A stretch of 62,230 bases of DNA from Candidatus Omnitrophota bacterium. Its GTDB lineage: Bacteria > Omnitrophota > Gorgyraeia > Gygaellales > Profunditerraquicolaceae. Both the position numbers and the translations under genes were made by a program. The number at the start of each line of letters is the position of its first letter. The first letter of the stretch is position 1. Shown one piece after another: positions 20,922-33,213 of this stretch. The stretch lies in the NCBI GenBank assembly GCA_023227985.1, contig JALOCB010000008.1, positions 1-62,230 of the forward strand, given 5' to 3'. Under the pieces are notes generated by a model. It made no database searches. It worked only from the letters and a program-made list of their open reading frames with translations, and had not been told where the DNA came from.

Positions 20922-21824
20922 TTATACCTTTTCCGCGACCCTGAATTTTGCGCTGCGGCTGCGCGGATTATCCTGGGTTTCGGCGCTACCGGGGGTCAGC
21001 GGTTTAGTAGTAATTATCTTTATGGTGCCTTCCGTCTGGTATTTGCGGAAGGTATGCTTAACTACCCTGTCTTCCAGGGAATGAAACGATATGATACATA
21101 TGCGCCCGCCTTTTTTCAAAAGGCCGATCGATTTTATTATCGCGCTTTCCAGCGCCTCAAGCTCCCGGTTCACCGCGATGCGCACCGCCTGGAACGTCCG
21201 CGTCGCCGGATGGATGCGATAATGGTACTGCCGGTACCGCGGGGGGATCGCGTTGACCACGATCCTGCTCAATTCCAGCGTCGAGGATATCGGGTGCCTC
21301 TGCCTCTCCATAACCAAATTATGCGCGATGCGGTTATGCCAGCGTTCCTGGCCGAACGACCACAAAAGGCTGGAGATCTCTTCTTCGTTAAGGTTGTTTA
21401 TCAGGTCGTAGGCGCAGATGTAACTGTTCCTGTCCAGCCGCATATCCAGCGGCCCCTCGGACTGGAAACTGAAACCTCTTTCCGCGTTCTGCAATTGGAA
21501 TGATGATACCCCTAAATCAAATAATATACCATCAACGCTGTCCACATTCAAGCCTTTTAAGAGGGTATCGATATCGGAAAAGTTCCCGTACACGAACTGC
21601 GCGTTGGCCTGGCCTAAGGCGGCGATCCTCTCCTGAGCCAGGCGGATCGATTCCTGGTCGCGGTCTATCCCGATCAGCCTGCCCTCGGGGGATATCTCCT
21701 GCAATATCCTGTTGCTGTGTCCGCCCATCCCTAACGTGGCGTCCACGATGATCTGTCCGGGTTTCGGATTAAGATATTCGAGAACTTCCATCAGCATTAC
21801 CGGCTTGTGAATTTCCTGTTCCAT
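20922..21824 (-). CDS. rsmH: 16S rRNA (cytosine1402-N4)-methyltransferase
   Basis: 300 aa. HKPVML, DATLGMGGHS, DLGVSSFQL and SFHSLEDR motifs. Confidence 0.93.
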   Translation of the reverse strand: MEQEIHKPVMLMEVLEYLNPKPGQIIVDATLGMGGHSNRILQEISPEGRLIGIDRDQESIRLAQERIAALGQANAQFVYGNFSDIDTLLKGLNVDSVDGILFDLGVSSFQLQNAERGFSFQSEGPLDMRLDRNSYICAYDLINNLNEEEISSLLWSFGQERWHNRIAHNLVMERQRHPISSTLELSRIVVNAIPPRYRQYHYRIHPATRTFQAVRIAVNRELEALESAIIKSIGLLKKGGRICIISFHSLEDRVVKHTFRKYQTEGTIKIITTKPLTPGSAETQDNPRSRSAKFRVAEKV

Positions 21825-21835
21825 GGCAATCGGGA

Positions 21836-22273
21836 TTAACCTTCAACTAATTTCTCCGCTATCTCTTCAAACGACTGCCGCCAACTCCCATAAAATTCCT
21901 GCCATTTCTCCTTGGACCAGATCTCAATCCTATTTGAGACTCCGATGATCATAATGTCCTTTTTGACTTCGGCATAATCTTTAAGGTATTGCGGAAGAAG
22001 TATCCTGCCCTGCTTATCCGGAAAAAGCTCGCATGCGCCGGAAAAATAAAGGCGGTTAAATACGCGGGATTCTTGTTTAGTGAACGGGATGGATTTGAAT
22101 TTCTGTTCCTGGCTCCTCCACTCGTCTTCAGCGAACATAAAAAGGCATTTATCCAGGCCGCGGGTAACGAAGAATTTTTCGATATAATTGCCCTTGGCCG
22201 CTTCGCGGAATTTTGAAGGCAGGATAAGCCTGCCTTTTCTGTCGATCGAATGGAGATACTCTCCGTAGAACAC
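21836..22273 (-). CDS. mraZ: Transcriptional regulator MraZ
   Basis: 145 aa with GTG start. Two DxxxR-type SpoVT/AbrB repeats (DRKGRLILP and DKQGRILLP). First gene of the dcw cluster. Confidence 0.93.
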   Translation of the reverse strand: MFYGEYLHSIDRKGRLILPSKFREAAKGNYIEKFFVTRGLDKCLFMFAEDEWRSQEQKFKSIPFTKQESRVFNRLYFSGACELFPDKQGRILLPQYLKDYAEVKKDIMIIGVSNRIEIWSKEKWQEFYGSWRQSFEEIAEKLVEG

Positions 22274-22288
22274 TTTTCAGCCCCCTCC

Positions 22289-22315
22289 CCACTTTATTCC
22301 ACTTTCCACCACTTT
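22289..22315 (-). promoter_or_regulatory. Putative MraZ operator: three direct AAAGTGG boxes at 10-nt phasing
   Basis: The minus strand reads AAAGTGGtggAAAGTGGaatAAAGTGG (plus-strand ccacttt at 22289-22295, 22299-22305 and 22309-22315). It lies between the predicted -10 and the mraZ RBS. A possible fourth box, AAAGTGT, at 22270-22276 overlaps the GTG start. Confidence 0.6.
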
Positions 22316-22323
22316 GTAGCATA

Positions 22324-22352
22324 AGTATAGAAAAAAATGCCTTTTATGTCAA
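22324..22352 (-). promoter_or_regulatory. Sigma70-type promoter of the mraZ/dcw operon
   Basis: The minus strand reads TTGACA, a 17-nt spacer, then TATACT. The -35 is at 22347-22352 and the -10 at 22324-22329. Confidence 0.6.
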
Positions 22353-22438
22353 GATAAATATTTTACTAAATTAATGCCATACAACAGTTAGTAGTGCTTA
22401 TTCTGCGGCAACTACGGGTTGTATAGCCGGGCGCGGCC

Positions 22439-23347
22439 CTATCGGCGGGTTTTTGCTGCGCGGATGTCTTTTTCGATCTGCCTCGTCAATTCCGGGATAC
22501 CGGAGAATTTCCGCTCTCCCCTTATCTTACGGACAAACTGGATCTCCAGGTCTTTCTTATAGATATTTTTGTGGAAGTTGAATATGTGGACTTCGATATT
22601 CCTGTATTTTTTCTTTCTCTCGCTGCGGACAAAAGTGGGTTTTTTGCCGATATAACAAATGCCGTTCAATACATTGCCGCCATAGACGACCTTTACCGCG
22701 TAAACCCCGGCCGGGGGGACAACTTCATGATGCGGATTGATATTAGCCGTAGGCCAGCCCATTTTAGTGGCCAACCTGGTTCCGCGGATCACCCTGCCGA
22801 AGACACTTACCGGGCGCAGGAGCAGGCGCTCGGCGGTCTTTAATCTTCCTTCGGAGATCAGCCTGCGGATATTGGTGCTGCTTACCACACGGTTATCGGT
22901 CCGTATAGATCTAAAAGCCCGGACCCGGAAACCGTAAAGCCTGGCCGCTTTTTTCAGATCAGCGATGCCGCCTCGGGCGCCTTTGCCGAAACGGAAATTA
23001 TTCCCCACGCATACGTAACGGGCCCGGATCTTATCCGCAAGGATATCCCTTATGAATTCCTCATATCCCATCCGGCTGAAATTCCGGTCAAACCGTATCA
23101 CCGCGCAGACCTCGATCCCCAGCCCTTCCATTATCTTCAGGCGGTGTTGCAATGAATACAGGCTTTCCTGTTTCTGGGGATGCGGCCAAAAAGTGAGGAC
23201 CATGCTGGTCCCCGAGGTCCGCCGGGCTATATGCACGGCCTCCTTAAGGATCATCCTGTGGCCGCGGTGCAGCCCGTCGAACACCCCGACGGCGACCACC
23301 GGCCTGCGGTAGTTCTTAAGGCTTTTCAGGTCATATAAGGTTCGCAT
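22439..23347 (-). CDS. ribF: Bifunctional riboflavin kinase / FMN adenylyltransferase
   Basis: 302 aa. GVFDGLHRGH N-terminal nucleotidyltransferase motif and a C-terminal riboflavin kinase domain (GWPTANI, LEIQFV..IRGE.KF). Confidence 0.9.
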   Translation of the reverse strand: MRTLYDLKSLKNYRRPVVAVGVFDGLHRGHRMILKEAVHIARRTSGTSMVLTFWPHPQKQESLYSLQHRLKIMEGLGIEVCAVIRFDRNFSRMGYEEFIRDILADKIRARYVCVGNNFRFGKGARGGIADLKKAARLYGFRVRAFRSIRTDNRVVSSTNIRRLISEGRLKTAERLLLRPVSVFGRVIRGTRLATKMGWPTANINPHHEVVPPAGVYAVKVVYGGNVLNGICYIGKKPTFVRSERKKKYRNIEVHIFNFHKNIYKKDLEIQFVRKIRGERKFSGIPELTRQIEKDIRAAKTRR

Positions 23348-24320
23348 CGGCCAAAGCTGATTTTATCTTATTGAGGACTTTTCTTTTGATCTCATCCATA
23401 GGCCCTTTGACGGTCGCGCCGCTGGCGGTCTTATGACCGCCGCCGCCGAAGTAACCGGCGATCTTATTGACGTCGATCTTGCCCTGGGACCGGAAATTCA
23501 CCCGGACCTCTCCGCTCGATTTCAGGTTCTCCTTGAAAAGGGCAACCACCTCCACCCCCTTCAAGGTGCGGCCGAAACTCAAGATACTCTCCGACAGGTC
23601 AAAAGAAATATTCCTATGCTTTTTCAACAGCACCCCGGGGATATCGAACCAGATGACCTTGCCGTCATTCATTGTCCGCATTTTCGGCAATATCACGGTC
23701 AAAAGCTTCAGGTCTTCAAGCGGGATGCTCCCGTAGATATGCTTATAAACCCCGGCGACATCGATGCCTCGGGAAATAAGCTCCGCGGCCATCAGATGGG
23801 TCGAAGGATCCGTGTTTGAATACCTGAATGAACCGGTATCGGTGAGCAACCCGACGTATAAGAATAAAGCCTCGGATTTATCTATGCGCACGCGCATCTC
23901 TTTATATAACCGGTAAACCATCTGGCAGGAACACGCGGCCTCAGGCTCGACCCAGTTCACTTTGCCAAAACCGGCGTTGCTGATATGGTGGTCGATATTA
24001 AGCACCTGCTTATTACCGCCATTCAACGACTGGACCTGGCCGGTCCGTTTAAGGTCTGAGCAATCCAAAGCGACAAAACAATCGAATTCCGGCGCGGGCA
24101 TATTCATCCGGAACCTTTTGATCGCGGCTAACCCCGGCAGGAACGAATATTCTTCTGGAACGGGTTCGTCAGTGAACATAACCGAGGTCTTCTTTAGCTT
24201 CTTTAACAGGAGGTAAAACGCCATCTGCGCCCCTATGGCGTCGCCGTCCATATTGGAATGCGTGGCAATCAGGAATTTATTGTTCCTCCTGATCATTTCA
24301 ACCGCTTTCTTAAGACTCAT
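23331..24320 (-). CDS. nrnA: DHH/DHHA1 phosphoesterase, NrnA-like
   Basis: HSNMDGDAIG, NIDHHISN (DHH) and FGGGGHKTASG (DHHA1) motifs. I place the start at MSLKKAVEM (24320). The Arg-rich ORF-track extension to 24440 overlaps rbfA and looks spurious. Confidence 0.8.
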   Translation of the reverse strand: MSLKKAVEMIRRNNKFLIATHSNMDGDAIGAQMAFYLLLKKLKKTSVMFTDEPVPEEYSFLPGLAAIKRFRMNMPAPEFDCFVALDCSDLKRTGQVQSLNGGNKQVLNIDHHISNAGFGKVNWVEPEAACSCQMVYRLYKEMRVRIDKSEALFLYVGLLTDTGSFRYSNTDPSTHLMAAELISRGIDVAGVYKHIYGSIPLEDLKLLTVILPKMRTMNDGKVIWFDIPGVLLKKHRNISFDLSESILSFGRTLKGVEVVALFKENLKSSGEVRVNFRSQGKIDVNKIAGYFGGGGHKTASGATVKGPMDEIKRKVLNKIKSALADANLI

Positions 24321-24690
24321 CTTTCGCCTCTTTCTCTTCATCCTTGCGGCTGTCCATCTCCTTGATCTGGTCCAGCACTTCCTGAATACGCATGCTGTAC
24401 TGGGCCGACCTGTCCTGCCTGAAGATGATCTCCGGGGCAAAACGCAGCTGGATCCTCTCGGCGATCAGGGTGCGGATGAGACCCAGCGCGCTATCCAGGG
24501 CTTCCTGTGTCTTTTTGGCCTGGGCCTCATCGCCCAGCACGCTGTAAAATATCTTGGCATTGCGCAGATCATCGCTTATATCCACTTCGGTAATGGTGAT
24601 AAACCCCAGCCTGGGATCCTTTAATTCCTTCTGGATTATGGAACACACCTCTTTCTGGATCGCATCCTGCACCTTTTCTTTTCTCGGCAT
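24310..24690 (-). CDS. rbfA: Ribosome-binding factor A
   Basis: 126 aa. The block I..E....LKDPRLGFITITEVDISDDLRNAKIFYSV is typical RbfA. Confidence 0.9.
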   Translation of the reverse strand: MPRKEKVQDAIQKEVCSIIQKELKDPRLGFITITEVDISDDLRNAKIFYSVLGDEAQAKKTQEALDSALGLIRTLIAERIQLRFAPEIIFRQDRSAQYSMRIQEVLDQIKEMDSRKDEEKEAKDES

Positions 24691-24704
24691 TAAACAGCCC
24701 CTTT

Positions 24705-25991
24705 CTATTTATCCTTCTTTAACTTTTTAAGGAATCTCATCTCATCTTCCCTGCCTTTCAGCCGGCCGTTCAATTTTTCGTTTAAAAGCTCGCGGAAGAT
24801 CTTCTGAAAATGCGGCCCGGGAACAAACCCCAGGTCTTTCAAATGCCGGCCGCCCACCGAAAGGTTGGTCCCGTTATACTTATGGAAAAAATCTTCGATG
24901 CGCCTCTGCGCCAGCCTATCCCGGCAGCAGGCCTTTATTAAAAGTATGGCCTCGTAACTCAAGGACTCCAACATATGGAAGACATCGCTGGGCAGGAGTT
25001 TTTTTCTGCTCAACTTGGCCAGTATATCGGCTTTAAGGGAAACAAAGCTGGCGATCCTTTTTTCCTCACCTTTGGAGAAAACAAACTTGCGGCAGATCCG
25101 GCTGGTAACGGCTTCGCTTGATCCGCCCAGCAAAGTCATAAGATATATCAGCCAGGCATCCAGCCGCCTGCGCCGGGGGAAATTCGATTCAAACCAGCGT
25201 ATCTGCCTGCCGGCGCTGCGAAATAAATCAAGGGTGTCCTTTGAAAACGCCAATCCCGGGTCCAGAAAATCCAGCCCGGTTATTTCCTGCATCCTTCTGA
25301 TCGGCTTCCAGGGCTCCTTTTCGCTCAGCATCAGGACCAACTCCTGGCGCAAACGCTGCGGTTGGACAACATCAAGCATATCCTGCTTCAAGGCTTTCCT
25401 CAAGCAGGACATCGTATGCGGCTCTATCCTGAAACCATACCTCTGCTCAAAGCGGATCGCCCGCAATATCCTGGTAGGGTCATCCACAAAACTGGCGTCA
25501 TGGAGTATGCGTATAAACTTATGCCTGATATCGCGCTTTCCGTCGAACACATCCAGCAGCCTGCCGAAATCCTGGCGGTTCAAGCTGATAGCCAGGGTAT
25601 TGATGGTGAAATCCCTGCGGATCAGGTCGTCTTCCAACAACCCTCTTTCCACCAAAGGAAGGCTCGCGGGATGCGGATATGATTCTTTCCTGGTGGAAGC
25701 GATATCCACTTTCAGAAGATGGCTTATATTGACCTTAGCGGTCCCGAACCTTTTATGGCAGACAACCTGGGCATTCATTCTTTTAGCAAAAGCCTCGGCG
25801 AATCTTATGCCGTCCCCTTCGAGGGCAATATCCAGGTCAAGGTTATCCACTCCCAAAAGCAGATCGCGGACAAATCCCCCTACCAGATAAGCCCGAGCCC
25901 CGCGATTGCCGGCGAGTTCTCCGGCCAATGCCATCACATCCTGCAGTTCTTGAGAAAGCTTTTTAAGATATTTTTCCATAGGATATTTCAT
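24705..25991 (-). CDS. cca: tRNA nucleotidyltransferase / poly(A) polymerase family protein (CCA-adding type)
   Basis: 428 aa. Head domain with YLVGGFVRDLLLG...DLDIA and RDFTINTLA motifs. Whether it adds CC, A or CCA cannot be told by eye. Confidence 0.72.
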   Translation of the reverse strand: MKYPMEKYLKKLSQELQDVMALAGELAGNRGARAYLVGGFVRDLLLGVDNLDLDIALEGDGIRFAEAFAKRMNAQVVCHKRFGTAKVNISHLLKVDIASTRKESYPHPASLPLVERGLLEDDLIRRDFTINTLAISLNRQDFGRLLDVFDGKRDIRHKFIRILHDASFVDDPTRILRAIRFEQRYGFRIEPHTMSCLRKALKQDMLDVVQPQRLRQELVLMLSEKEPWKPIRRMQEITGLDFLDPGLAFSKDTLDLFRSAGRQIRWFESNFPRRRRLDAWLIYLMTLLGGSSEAVTSRICRKFVFSKGEEKRIASFVSLKADILAKLSRKKLLPSDVFHMLESLSYEAILLIKACCRDRLAQRRIEDFFHKYNGTNLSVGGRHLKDLGFVPGPHFQKIFRELLNEKLNGRLKGREDEMRFLKKLKKDK

Positions 25992-26893
25992 TACGGCCGG
26001 GGATGATACATCCGGTGTATTGACTTAAGCCTGTCCTTATTTATATGCGTATAGATCTGGGTGGTCGAAATATTGGAATGGCCCAGCATCTCCTGCACCG
26101 AGCGCAGGTCAGCCCCTCTTTCCAGCAAGTGAGTTGCAAAGGAATGCCTGAGGATATGCGGCTTCATCGGCTTCTTTATACCGGCCATACGGGAATAAAG
26201 TTTGACGATCTTCCACAAAGATTGCCGCGATATCTTCTTGCCAAAACGGTTCAAGAACAAGAATTCCGATTCTTTTTTCTTAAGCAAGTTCCGCCGGCTT
26301 GAGGAGATATACCTTTCCAGGCTGATGACCGCTTTTTTCCCCAGGGGAATGATCCGCTCCTTATTACCTTTGCCGATACATCGCAAAAAACCGACTTCCT
26401 TGTTCACATTATCTATTCTTAGATTTACCACCTCGGATACGCGCATCCCGGTGGCGTACATAGTCTCTAATATCGCCCTGTCCCTTATCCCCTGGTCGTC
26501 GCGCAGGTTAGGCTGAGAGATCAACGCCTCGGCTTCATTTACCGATAATGTCTCCGGTATCTTCTGCCATAGTTTAGGGGAATCCACCAGGCTGGTAGGA
26601 TCATTTTTCAGCACCCTTTCCCTGACCAGAAAACGGTGAAACATCCTTATCGCCGCCAGCCTGCGGGCGATGGAATTAGGCGCCAGGCCTTTATCCTTCT
26701 GAAAGAACATAAAATCCGTTACCGCACTGCGGTTGGCTTTAGAGAAGGCGTCTAAACCAAGCGACTTTAAAAATCCCGAATAAGTTACCAGATCATCCCT
26801 ATAGGATATTATAGTATTCTTGGACAACCCCCGTTCCACTGAAAGATAATTCAAGAATGACTCTATAAGTTCATCCATATCAACCACTTTCAA
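25991..26893 (-). CDS. Tyrosine site-specific recombinase, XerC/XerD family
   Basis: 300 aa. ATGMRVSE (catalytic Arg), HILRHSFATHLLERGADLRSVQEMLGHSNISTTQIYTH (H-x-x-R, H and Tyr). The ORF-track start is a TTG at 26893; an ATG at 26878 (MDELIESF) is an alternative. Confidence 0.86.
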   Translation of the reverse strand: MKVVDMDELIESFLNYLSVERGLSKNTIISYRDDLVTYSGFLKSLGLDAFSKANRSAVTDFMFFQKDKGLAPNSIARRLAAIRMFHRFLVRERVLKNDPTSLVDSPKLWQKIPETLSVNEAEALISQPNLRDDQGIRDRAILETMYATGMRVSEVVNLRIDNVNKEVGFLRCIGKGNKERIIPLGKKAVISLERYISSSRRNLLKKKESEFLFLNRFGKKISRQSLWKIVKLYSRMAGIKKPMKPHILRHSFATHLLERGADLRSVQEMLGHSNISTTQIYTHINKDRLKSIHRMYHPRP

Positions 26894-26907
26894 GACCGGG
26901 TCTTGGG

Positions 26908-27509
26908 TTAATAATTTATCTTCTCGCGGCCGATAGTTGAAAAAGGCCCGTGCCCGGGATACACCGCTGTATCACCCGGCAGGGTAAAAAGTTTCTCCTT
27001 TATCCCTTCAAAAAGCAGACCGGCGTCTCCGCCCAGATCCGTCCGTCCTACGCCCTGATAAAAAAGGGTATCCCCGGTAAAGACCACTTTCTCCTGCGGC
27101 TTCCTGAGCAAAAGGGAAATACCGCCGGCAGAATGCCCGGGCGTATGCATTACCTCCAACTCCACGCCATCAAGGCCGATCAGGTCCTTGTCTTTAACTG
27201 TTCTAACCTGGGCTGCAACCTTGACCGCACCGGACAGAAAAACCGAAAAATTCAGTTTTGGGTCCCGCAACATCGCGGCATCCAGCTCGTGTATATATAC
27301 CGGCACCCCGAAGGCGTCATCCGCGCCGATATGATCGAAATGCCCGTGAGTATTGATCACCATCCCGGCGGAAAGGTTATGCCTCTTGAGCGCGGCGCGG
27401 ATCTTTTGCTCATCATCCCCGGGATCGATTATCACAGCCTTAGCGCCTTCTCCCGAGGCAAGCACGTAACAATTGACATCCATAGACCCGACGGTGATCC
27501 GTTCAAGTA

Positions 27510-27513
<4 letters not shown>
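26908..27513 (-). CDS. MBL-fold metallo-hydrolase (glyoxalase II-like)
   Basis: 201 aa. THGHFDHIG (HxHxDH) motif plus downstream His and Asp ligands (HTPGHS, TGDTLF). Confidence 0.8.
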
Positions 27514-30314
<2,801 letters not shown>

Positions 30315-30590
30315 AATCAAATTCCATTTCTCCCGACGCGGGATGGCTAGAAAATCCCGGCCGGAACGCGCTCATTGCAGTTAAATTTTACCACAGATCA
30401 GGAGCAAAAGAAACGAGAAAATAGGTTCCGGCCAAAAAAAATCCCCACCTCTACAATAAACGCGTAGCGATGAGGATAATATCCCGCCTCTCAAGATGCG
30501 GCAAATATATTTGCCGCGCACGGCGGGATAAATTCGCGCATATAACTTACGTCACCCCTTACGGGGTTCCGTAAGTTATGCGCTCATTTA

Positions 30591-30665
30591 TCGGGGCGAC
30601 AGGACTTGAACCTGTGACCTCAACGTCCCGAACGTTGCGCTCTAGCCAAACTGAGCCACGCCCCG
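30591..30665 (-). tRNA. tRNA-Pro (anticodon CGG)
   Basis: The minus strand CGGGGCGTGGCTCAGTTTGGCTAGAGCGCAACGTTCGGGACGTTGAGGTCACAGGTTCAAGTCCTGTCGCCCCGA folds by hand into a 7/4/5/5-bp cloverleaf. The anticodon loop is TTCGGGA, the T-loop is TTCAAGT, and no CCA is encoded. Confidence 0.9.
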
Positions 30666-30674
30666 TGATGTGAT

Positions 30675-30703
30675 AGTATAACAGACTTTTTCAGAATTGG
30701 CAA
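30675..30703 (-). promoter_or_regulatory. Sigma70-type promoter of tRNA-Pro
   Basis: The minus strand reads TTGCCA, a 17-nt spacer, then TATACT. The -10 ends 9 nt upstream of the mature tRNA 5' end. Confidence 0.55.
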
Positions 30704-30714
30704 TATCAGAAGTT

Positions 30715-31296
30715 TCAGGAAAGGACATCCGCCTTTTTTGCCAGTATGTCCAACTCTATGTTCACCTTATCCGAAGGCCCTTTAATGTTCAAGGTCGTAT
30801 TCTTCAAAGTGTGCGGTATTACATATACGCTCACCAGGTTCGATCTTCTGGAAACGACGGTCAGGCTGATCCCGTCGATCGCGATCGAGCCTTTAGGCAA
30901 GACATACCTTGTTTGCTCAACGGGTATGGCTATAGCGAAACAAAGGTTATTCTCCACATAACTCTTCCTTCGGATCAGGCCGACGCAGTCTATATGGCCA
31001 AGCACAAAATGCCCGGACAATCTCTCGCCTACCTTAAGACTGCGCTCCAGATTAACCGCTTCGCTAATGCGCAAACCGCAGAGACAGGTATTTTTCATCG
31101 TCTGCGGCATCACCTCAAAACTTAACCTGCCTTTGTCGATCTTTACCACCGTAAGGCACACCCCGTTGACGGCTATACTATCGCCTATCCGGCTGTCCTG
31201 CCAGACAATGCCGGTCTCGACGGTCAGGAAACTGACATTGCCCCGCTTGGAGATATCGCTGACCCTGCCCAGTTCCTCGATTATGCCGGTAAACAT
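30715..31296 (-). CDS. ribE: Riboflavin synthase
   Basis: 193 aa. MFTGIIEELG N-terminus and an internal duplication with two lumazine-binding repeats (SIAVNGVCLTV and SIAIDGISLTV). Confidence 0.92.
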   Translation of the reverse strand: MFTGIIEELGRVSDISKRGNVSFLTVETGIVWQDSRIGDSIAVNGVCLTVVKIDKGRLSFEVMPQTMKNTCLCGLRISEAVNLERSLKVGERLSGHFVLGHIDCVGLIRRKSYVENNLCFAIAIPVEQTRYVLPKGSIAIDGISLTVVSRRSNLVSVYVIPHTLKNTTLNIKGPSDKVNIELDILAKKADVLS

Positions 31297-32387
31297 TATT
31301 TTATATAACCTTCGATCAGCACATCTTCGGCGATATGGCGGTATCTTATATCCTTAAGCCTGATCGCGTTATCTATGCGGCCGATCCCCCGGCCCATCAC
31401 CGATGTCGGGGCTTCTTTGCCGCCGATTATCTTGGGGCTGATGAAAAACAGCACCTTATCCACCAGCCCTTCATCGAACAATGAGCCGATCAATGTCCCC
31501 CCGCCCTCCACCAGTATATTGGTGATATTAAGCAGGGCCAATTTTTTCATCATATCCTTAAGATTGATCTGCCCGGATCTTTCCTTCACCTCCAGTATCT
31601 TTGCCTTTTCCGCCAGGCTCTTGCGGTTCTCGGTCTCTTGCCCGGGTTTTGCCGGCAGGGTAATGATCAAAACCTTGCCCTGGGCTGAAAAAATATTGGC
31701 GTCCGGCGGGGTGCTTAACTGGCTGTCCACTACCACCTTTACCGGCCGGCGTTTTGAGAACCACGTATCCAGCTTGGGATCATCCCGCAATACGGTATTC
31801 ACTCCGACCATTATGGCGTCGTAATCCTGGCGTATTTTATGCGCGTAGGACCTGGATTTATCGCAGGTTATCCATTTGGAATCCCCGTTCCTGGTAGCGA
31901 TCTTTCCGTCCAACGATTCGGCGACCTTTACCGTAACGAACGGCAGCTTTTTGGTGATGCTCTTTATATAAACCTCATTTATCCGTTCAGCTTCCTCTCC
32001 CAGGATCCCCAGCTCGACCTTTATATTATTCTGTTTTAGTATGGCTATGCCTTTGCCGTTGACCAGGGGATTGGGATCGACCATGGCAACGACCGCATGC
32101 TTTATCCCGCTTCTTATTATCTCATCCCCGCAAGGCGGGGTCCTGCCGTAATGCGCGCAGGGTTCCAGGGTAACGTATAAAGTGGCCCCCCTGGCCGCCG
32201 GACCCGCTTCATTCAAAGCGACCAACTCGGCGTGGGAAAGCCCGGCCTTCTCGTGATACCCTCCGCCGACCACCTTATTGTTCTTCACCACCAATGCGCC
32301 TACAAGGGGATTAGGCGAAGTCCTGCCTTTGGCCTTCAGCGCCAATCCCAGCGCCATTTTCATATAGTAAGAATGGTCTTTTAACAT
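31296..32387 (-). CDS. ribD: Bifunctional pyrimidine deaminase / uracil reductase
   Basis: 363 aa. Deaminase zinc motifs HAE and PCxxxxxxPPC (TLEPCAHYGRTPPC), plus a C-terminal RibD reductase domain. Confidence 0.92.
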   Translation of the reverse strand: MLKDHSYYMKMALGLALKAKGRTSPNPLVGALVVKNNKVVGGGYHEKAGLSHAELVALNEAGPAARGATLYVTLEPCAHYGRTPPCGDEIIRSGIKHAVVAMVDPNPLVNGKGIAILKQNNIKVELGILGEEAERINEVYIKSITKKLPFVTVKVAESLDGKIATRNGDSKWITCDKSRSYAHKIRQDYDAIMVGVNTVLRDDPKLDTWFSKRRPVKVVVDSQLSTPPDANIFSAQGKVLIITLPAKPGQETENRKSLAEKAKILEVKERSGQINLKDMMKKLALLNITNILVEGGGTLIGSLFDEGLVDKVLFFISPKIIGGKEAPTSVMGRGIGRIDNAIRLKDIRYRHIAEDVLIEGYIK

Positions 32388-32388
32388 T

Positions 32389-33213
32389 TCAATCCGCTCT
32401 GGCTTTCGCCTCTTTTAATTTTTCGACCAGCTCATAAGGTATCTTCATCGCGCCCATATAAACATTGGGTTTCGACTTGCCGTGATAATCCGAGCCGCCG
32501 GTGACCAAAAGGTTCAATTTCTTTGCTGTATGCAGGTAAGAATCGACCATTGATCTGGTATGTTCCAGGTAATAGACCTCCAGCCCCATAAGCCCGTATT
32601 CGGCGAACCTGGGAATCAGGTCGTCCCTTCCCATGGAATACGGATGCGCCAGCACGGGGATGCCGGAGAACTTAAGGATCAAACCTATAGCCTCCTGCGG
32701 GGATAATTTAAAATTAGCCACATAAGCGGGGCATTTATCGCCTATGTATTTATTGAAGGCCTCATAGGTGGAATTAACCAACCCCTCTTTGACCATCGCC
32801 TGGGCGACGTGCAACCTGCCGACCGTGCCTATTGCCGAAAGATCGAAGACCTTTTCCGGGGCAAGGCTCAATCCCAGCGCCTTTAATTTATCGCAGATCC
32901 GGTATATCCGGTCGACCCGGTTTTTTTTCAAGAGCTGAAGTCTCTCCAGCAGGCTTTTATCCCTATGATCCAACAGATATCCCAGGAGATGTATCTCCAG
33001 CCCCTCATGCTCAGAGGTCAACTCGATCCCCGGCAAGACCTCTACCTGTCCGCCGGCGCTTGCCGCGATAGCCCTTTCCACCCCCTCGACCGTATCATGG
33101 TCGGTAATGGCTACAGCGGACAACCCGGCCTTGACAGCTTCAGCGATCAATTCTTCCGGAGTGGCAGTGCCGTCGGAGTAATTGGTATGGGTGTGCAGGT
33201 CGGCGGATCTCAT
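32389..33213 (-). CDS. PHP-domain phosphoesterase (TrpH/YciV-like)
   Basis: 274 aa. [11 protein letters not shown] and AITDHDT motifs, with later His ligands (LAHP, GGSDYHG). Confidence 0.8.
   Translation of the reverse strand: MRSADLHTHTNYSDGTATPEELIAEAVKAGLSAVAITDHDTVEGVERAIAASAGGQVEVLPGIELTSEHEGLEIHLLGYLLDHRDKSLLERLQLLKKNRVDRIYRICDKLKALGLSLAPEKVFDLSAIGTVGRLHVAQAMVKEGLVNSTYEAFNKYIGDKCPAYVANFKLSPQEAIGLILKFSGIPVLAHPYSMGRDDLIPRFAEYGLMGLEVYYLEHTRSMVDSYLHTAKKLNLLVTGGSDYHGKSKPNVYMGAMKIPYELVEKLKEAKARAD

Noticed and set aside
24321-24440. A 40-codon N-terminal extension of the DHH phosphoesterase ORF (MPRRSSSGRTGRP...).
   Set aside because: The extension is Arg/Ser-rich and completely overlaps the 3' end of rbfA in another frame. 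The conserved NrnA-like sequence begins at the ATG at 24320.
25991-26893. Tyrosine recombinase as a possible marker of an integrated mobile element, with tRNA-Pro 3.7 kb away as a potential att site.
   Set aside because: The protein has the housekeeping XerC/XerD length and motif set. It is flanked by cca and an MBL hydrolase in the same tight co-directional array. I found no direct repeats of the tRNA 3' end and no phage or transposon genes.
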